Of a DNA stretch of 64,000 nt, positions 60,985-64,000 are shown one piece after another. Made by a program: the position numbers and the translations under genes. Position 1 is the stretch's first letter. Each line of letters begins with the position of its first letter. The notes under the pieces are model-generated. The model saw only the letters and a program-made list of their open reading frames with translations, was not told the origin of the DNA and searched no databases. This DNA comes from an uncultured delta proteobacterium (lineage in GTDB: Bacteria > Desulfobacterota > Binatia > UBA9968): the NCBI GenBank assembly GCA_963840855.1, contig CAWJBB010000040.1:160001-224000 (forward strand). The letters run 5' to 3'.

Positions 60985-61045
60985 CCGAGTCCGGTACGGA
61001 CGGAGTCATCTGAACACCTTGCGTTATTGCTCACCCTGTGAAAAG

Positions 61046-62125
61046 TCAGCTATTGCCGCTTCCGGGTCGTTCGATCGAATAGGTGATAGGCAATTCGGCG
61101 GCGAAGGGGCCCTCGGTCTTCGGGCCTCGCAGGAAAACCCGTAGGGCCTTGAGCGGGTGCTTGATCGCATCATTGACGGCGGTACTTTCATAACCGCAAT
61201 GTGCCATGCAATTGGCGCATTTTGGGTTGTTGCCCGTGCCGTAACGATCCCAATTGGTTTCTTCGATCAGAGCTTTGAACGTCGGCGCGTAACCTTCGCC
61301 CACAAGCAAATAGCAGGGCCTTTGCCAACCGAGCACATTGCGTGTCGGGTTACCCCAGGGTGTACAACGGTAGCTTTCATTACCGGCGAGAAAATCGAGA
61401 AACAGGCTGGAGTGGTTAAGCCGCCACTTGCGCCCCCGACCAAGCCTAAAAATATTCCTAAAGAGCTGTTTGCTCGCATTGCGCTGCATGAAAACGTCTT
61501 GGCGGGGAGCATGTTCATAGCTGAACCCAGGGGAAATAGTCACCCCCTCCACTCCAAGAGCCGCGACATCATCGAGAAAGTTTGCCACTTCTTCGGCTGA
61601 TTCCCCTTGGAACAAGGTACAGTTGATGGTTACCCGGAAACGCTTTTGAATTGCCTTCTGAATCGCCTCCACAGCCTGGTCAAATACCCCCGTCCGGCAG
61701 ACTGACGTGTCATGCCGAGTGCGGCTCCCATCCAGATGAACCGAAAAAGTCAGGTAGGGCGAAGGGGTATAATCATCCATGCGTCGAGAAAGGAGTAACG
61801 CGTTCGTGCATAGGTAGACAAACTTTTTTCGCTGAATAAACCCACGGACGATCTCGGGCATCTCCTGGTGGATCAGAGGCTCGCCTCCAGCGATCGAAAC
61901 AACTGGCGCCCCACACTCGTCGATGGCGGCCATGCATTCCCTTGGGCTCAGACGGCGATCCAAGATCTCTTCGGGATAATCGATCTTGCCGCAGCCGGCA
62001 CACGCCAGATTACAGCGGAACAACGGCTCTAACATGAGCACCAGCGGATAACGTTCGACCCTCCGGAGCCGTTGCTTCAGAATGTAACCCAGAATGGCCA
62101 GGCTTTGGCGTAAGGGAATTCCCAT
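61046..62125 (-). CDS. hpnH: Adenosylhopane synthase (radical SAM)
   Basis: YPLVLMLEPLFRCNLACAGCGKIDYP, CTPWGNPTRN, CANCMAHCGYE. Confidence 0.96.
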   Translation of the reverse strand: MGIPLRQSLAILGYILKQRLRRVERYPLVLMLEPLFRCNLACAGCGKIDYPEEILDRRLSPRECMAAIDECGAPVVSIAGGEPLIHQEMPEIVRGFIQRKKFVYLCTNALLLSRRMDDYTPSPYLTFSVHLDGSRTRHDTSVCRTGVFDQAVEAIQKAIQKRFRVTINCTLFQGESAEEVANFLDDVAALGVEGVTISPGFSYEHAPRQDVFMQRNASKQLFRNIFRLGRGRKWRLNHSSLFLDFLAGNESYRCTPWGNPTRNVLGWQRPCYLLVGEGYAPTFKALIEETNWDRYGTGNNPKCANCMAHCGYESTAVNDAIKHPLKALRVFLRGPKTEGPFAAELPITYSIERPGSGNS

Positions 62126-62636
62126 CGTGAACTTTCTAACTAAATAGAACGGCAAGCGCGGTCAAACACTGCGCCCGGCAACTTCTCGACCCCGCATTCA
62201 TTGTGAACGATTGTGTGAAGAACATAGATAGGCCGGCCAAGAACTCTAAAGAGGCTTCGGCGATTTGGCTGGCTCGAAAAACGCCAGCTCAGAATCCCGG
62301 GCCTCTCGCTAGTACGACTTCTATCAACCTCCCCTACCAGAAAAACATGCACTATGCCTCTAGGCTCCAGGGATATCAGGTTACGCTTGCGTTATCGAGG
62401 CTTGGCCCTGACTCATAGCAGGCGCTGATTCGCGGCGGTCAACCACCACGCCGGTTGCTGACTGGTCGCATTGAATCTCATACGGTGCGCTCTCTATCTT
62501 AAGCAGTCCCCGAAAGGCTTTCGTATTGCGAAATGCCGGGAAAGTCAAAAGTTTAGTGAATGGCTTCCCCTGAGAAGCGAACGGGCAGCGACAATGCGGA
62601 ACAAGACCCGGCCGATGATCTACTGATGAACGATGC

Positions 62637-62987
62637 CTATTCATCCCCCTCGTACCAATCTTCATGCAATGACCACACGGCACAGCGGAGACAGGCGGTC
62701 CAGTGCCATTGATGGCTGCAACCCGGGCAGCGGCCGCGGGATTTGAAGGTATTCCACGACGAGCCGCAGCCGCCGAAAAAGTTTTCGGGATATTCGCATG
62801 GACCACAAAACCAACGGCTCGACGTATTGGGTTGCCATTTACATTTTGGACAACGGATACGGCCACGTTTCTCTTGGTCGTGTTGGTTTACCTCTCGCAA
62901 TTTGGTTGGCTGCCGTTTGTTACTCTCTTGAAAAAGCCAGAAAGCAATCAACGGAAACGACAACCGAGTCGATGGACGCATTTTCAT
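62637..62987 (-). CDS. Small Cys/Trp-rich putative zinc-binding protein
   Basis: CPKC, CGPC, GCG, CPGC, CLRC..WSLHEDWY; start uncertain. Confidence 0.7.
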   Translation of the reverse strand: MKMRPSTRLSFPLIAFWLFQESNKRQPTKLREVNQHDQEKRGRIRCPKCKWQPNTSSRWFCGPCEYPENFFGGCGSSWNTFKSRGRCPGCSHQWHWTACLRCAVWSLHEDWYEGDE

Positions 62988-63069
62988 TTATGAGCCATGA
63001 GAGCGCGGCCTGCGCAAATTTTGCCCACGGTCTTTGCCGTTCAAATACACTTGCCTAAGATTATTCTCG

Positions 63070-63214
63070 CGCCACGCCTGTCCTGAGCAAGTCGAAGGGA
63101 CGCAAAGCTCGTAAAGTCCCCACCCTACCCATCTTTTTTTTCATCTTCTAACTTAGCGTCTTTGCGCCTTTGCGCGAGATATTCCGGCTTTTGGTTGCGG
63201 CATAGCCGGGCTAG
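63070..63214 (-). repeat. Composite interspersed repeat (CGCAAAG/CTTTGCG family with CTAG end) containing a nested gtcctgagc..tcgaagg unit
   Basis: ctcgcgcca cgcctgtcctgagcaagtcgaagg gacgcaaag ... ctttgcgcctttgcgcgagatattccggcttttggttgcggc..ccgggctag. Confidence 0.7.
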
Positions 63215-63532
63215 ATTCTTCGTCGTTAGCGGTGCGGCCTATTTTTCACCCGCCCTATTAGTGCGCCAATTCGGGGGTCAATTGCAAATACCCTTTCATG
63301 GTTTTCCCGGGTTGGATTGCTTCTTTGGTTATCTGCCGAAGCAGGACAATCAGAGCTAATGTTTCGACCTGCCTCGACTGGCGCAACCTATGGCGAACCG
63401 TCCACGCTATTGAACCGGGCGCGCATCCTAGGTAATAATACGTTGATATTTTTGAGAGATGGTAATCAACCGCTTGCCTATACATCTTTGAGACAGGCTA
63501 GTGTTTATTGCGTCCAGGTTCGCGGATTGACC

Positions 63533-64000
63533 GTGCAAGCATCCGAAGAAAAACTTCTAAGCCGGCGCCAAGTTCACGGCGGCGCACGATATCGTGTGGC
63601 CGTCAGAGAGCGCTTCGCCCGCTATTTTCCAGCATCGCGGTTCCCGGACTACTGGGCGCTATTCGGGGCAGCCGGTGAAGCGATCAAAACCGAAGCGAGA
63701 ACACGCGTCGCCTTGCTGACGGCGCGCGCCCGGGAAGAACGGCCCGACGATGCCAAAGCATTTGTTTTGAAATGCTACTCGTATCCTTTTTTGCCGCGCA
63801 TCCGGACGGGGTTTAGCACCGCGAAAGCAGAGCGAGAGTTCAAAAACTTGCTAACCCTGGGACGGTATGGAGTGCTGGCGGTCGAACCGGTCGCCTTCGG
63901 CGTGGAACGGACCCGACTGGGCTTCGTGCGTTCCTGCTTCCTCATCACGAGGTTTGCCGAAGCGAGCGCGAACCTGACAAGCCAGGCCTACATTTCCCTT
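63533..64000 (+). CDS. Lipopolysaccharide kinase (Kdo/WaaP/InaA family), runs off the window
   Basis: Manual translation of an open frame: FVLKCY...AKAEREFKNLLTL...GV..VEPVAFG.ER..GFVRSCFLITR. Confidence 0.7.
   Translation, partial: MQASEEKLLSRRQVHGGARYRVAVRERFARYFPASRFPDYWALFGAAGEAIKTEARTRVALLTARAREERPDDAKAFVLKCYSYPFLPRIRTGFSTAKAEREFKNLLTLGRYGVLAVEPVAFGVERTRLGFVRSCFLITRFAEASANLTSQAYISL

Noticed and set aside
62156-62636. Riboswitch or ncRNA upstream of hpnH
   Set aside because: Long non-coding gap, but I could not recognise a cobalamin, SAM or other consensus; an Rfam/Infernal scan would be needed.
63258-63485. 75-aa minus-strand ORF
   Set aside because: No recognisable motif or clear RBS; not supportable as a gene.

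Overview
GC-rich bacterial chromosome segment. The gene content (many paralogous MFS and ABC substrate-binding proteins, amidohydrolase, VOC proteins, hydrolases) and the intergenic repeats suggest a Deltaproteobacteria-like lineage such as Ca. Binatia; this is an inference. 1-34.7 kb: transport and catabolic genes, about ten single-base frameshifts that look like assembly errors, and several families of short palindromic or tandem intergenic repeats, including one MITE-like element. 34.7-42 kb: housekeeping block (rng, HNH nuclease, smc, ftsY). 43.5-63 kb: a repeat-free, island-like lipid/hopanoid locus with a truncated YeaQ-family remnant near its left edge. It holds a 1333-aa four-domain fusion (FGGY kinase + D-2-hydroxyacid dehydrogenase + SCP2 lipid-binding domain + class II aldolase), a lipase-like lipoprotein, an acyltransferase, a diiron ferritin-like protein, a B12-binding radical SAM enzyme, and ispA-sqs-shc-hpnG / hpnB-like / hpnA / hpnH. 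Three copies of a conserved ~43-bp motif (44617, 50938, 53634) precede the fusion, the diiron gene and the ispA-shc operon and tie them together. This is the best candidate for an undescribed system, hypothesised to tailor hopanoid side chains. No rRNA, tRNA, CRISPR array, integrase or transposase was recognised.
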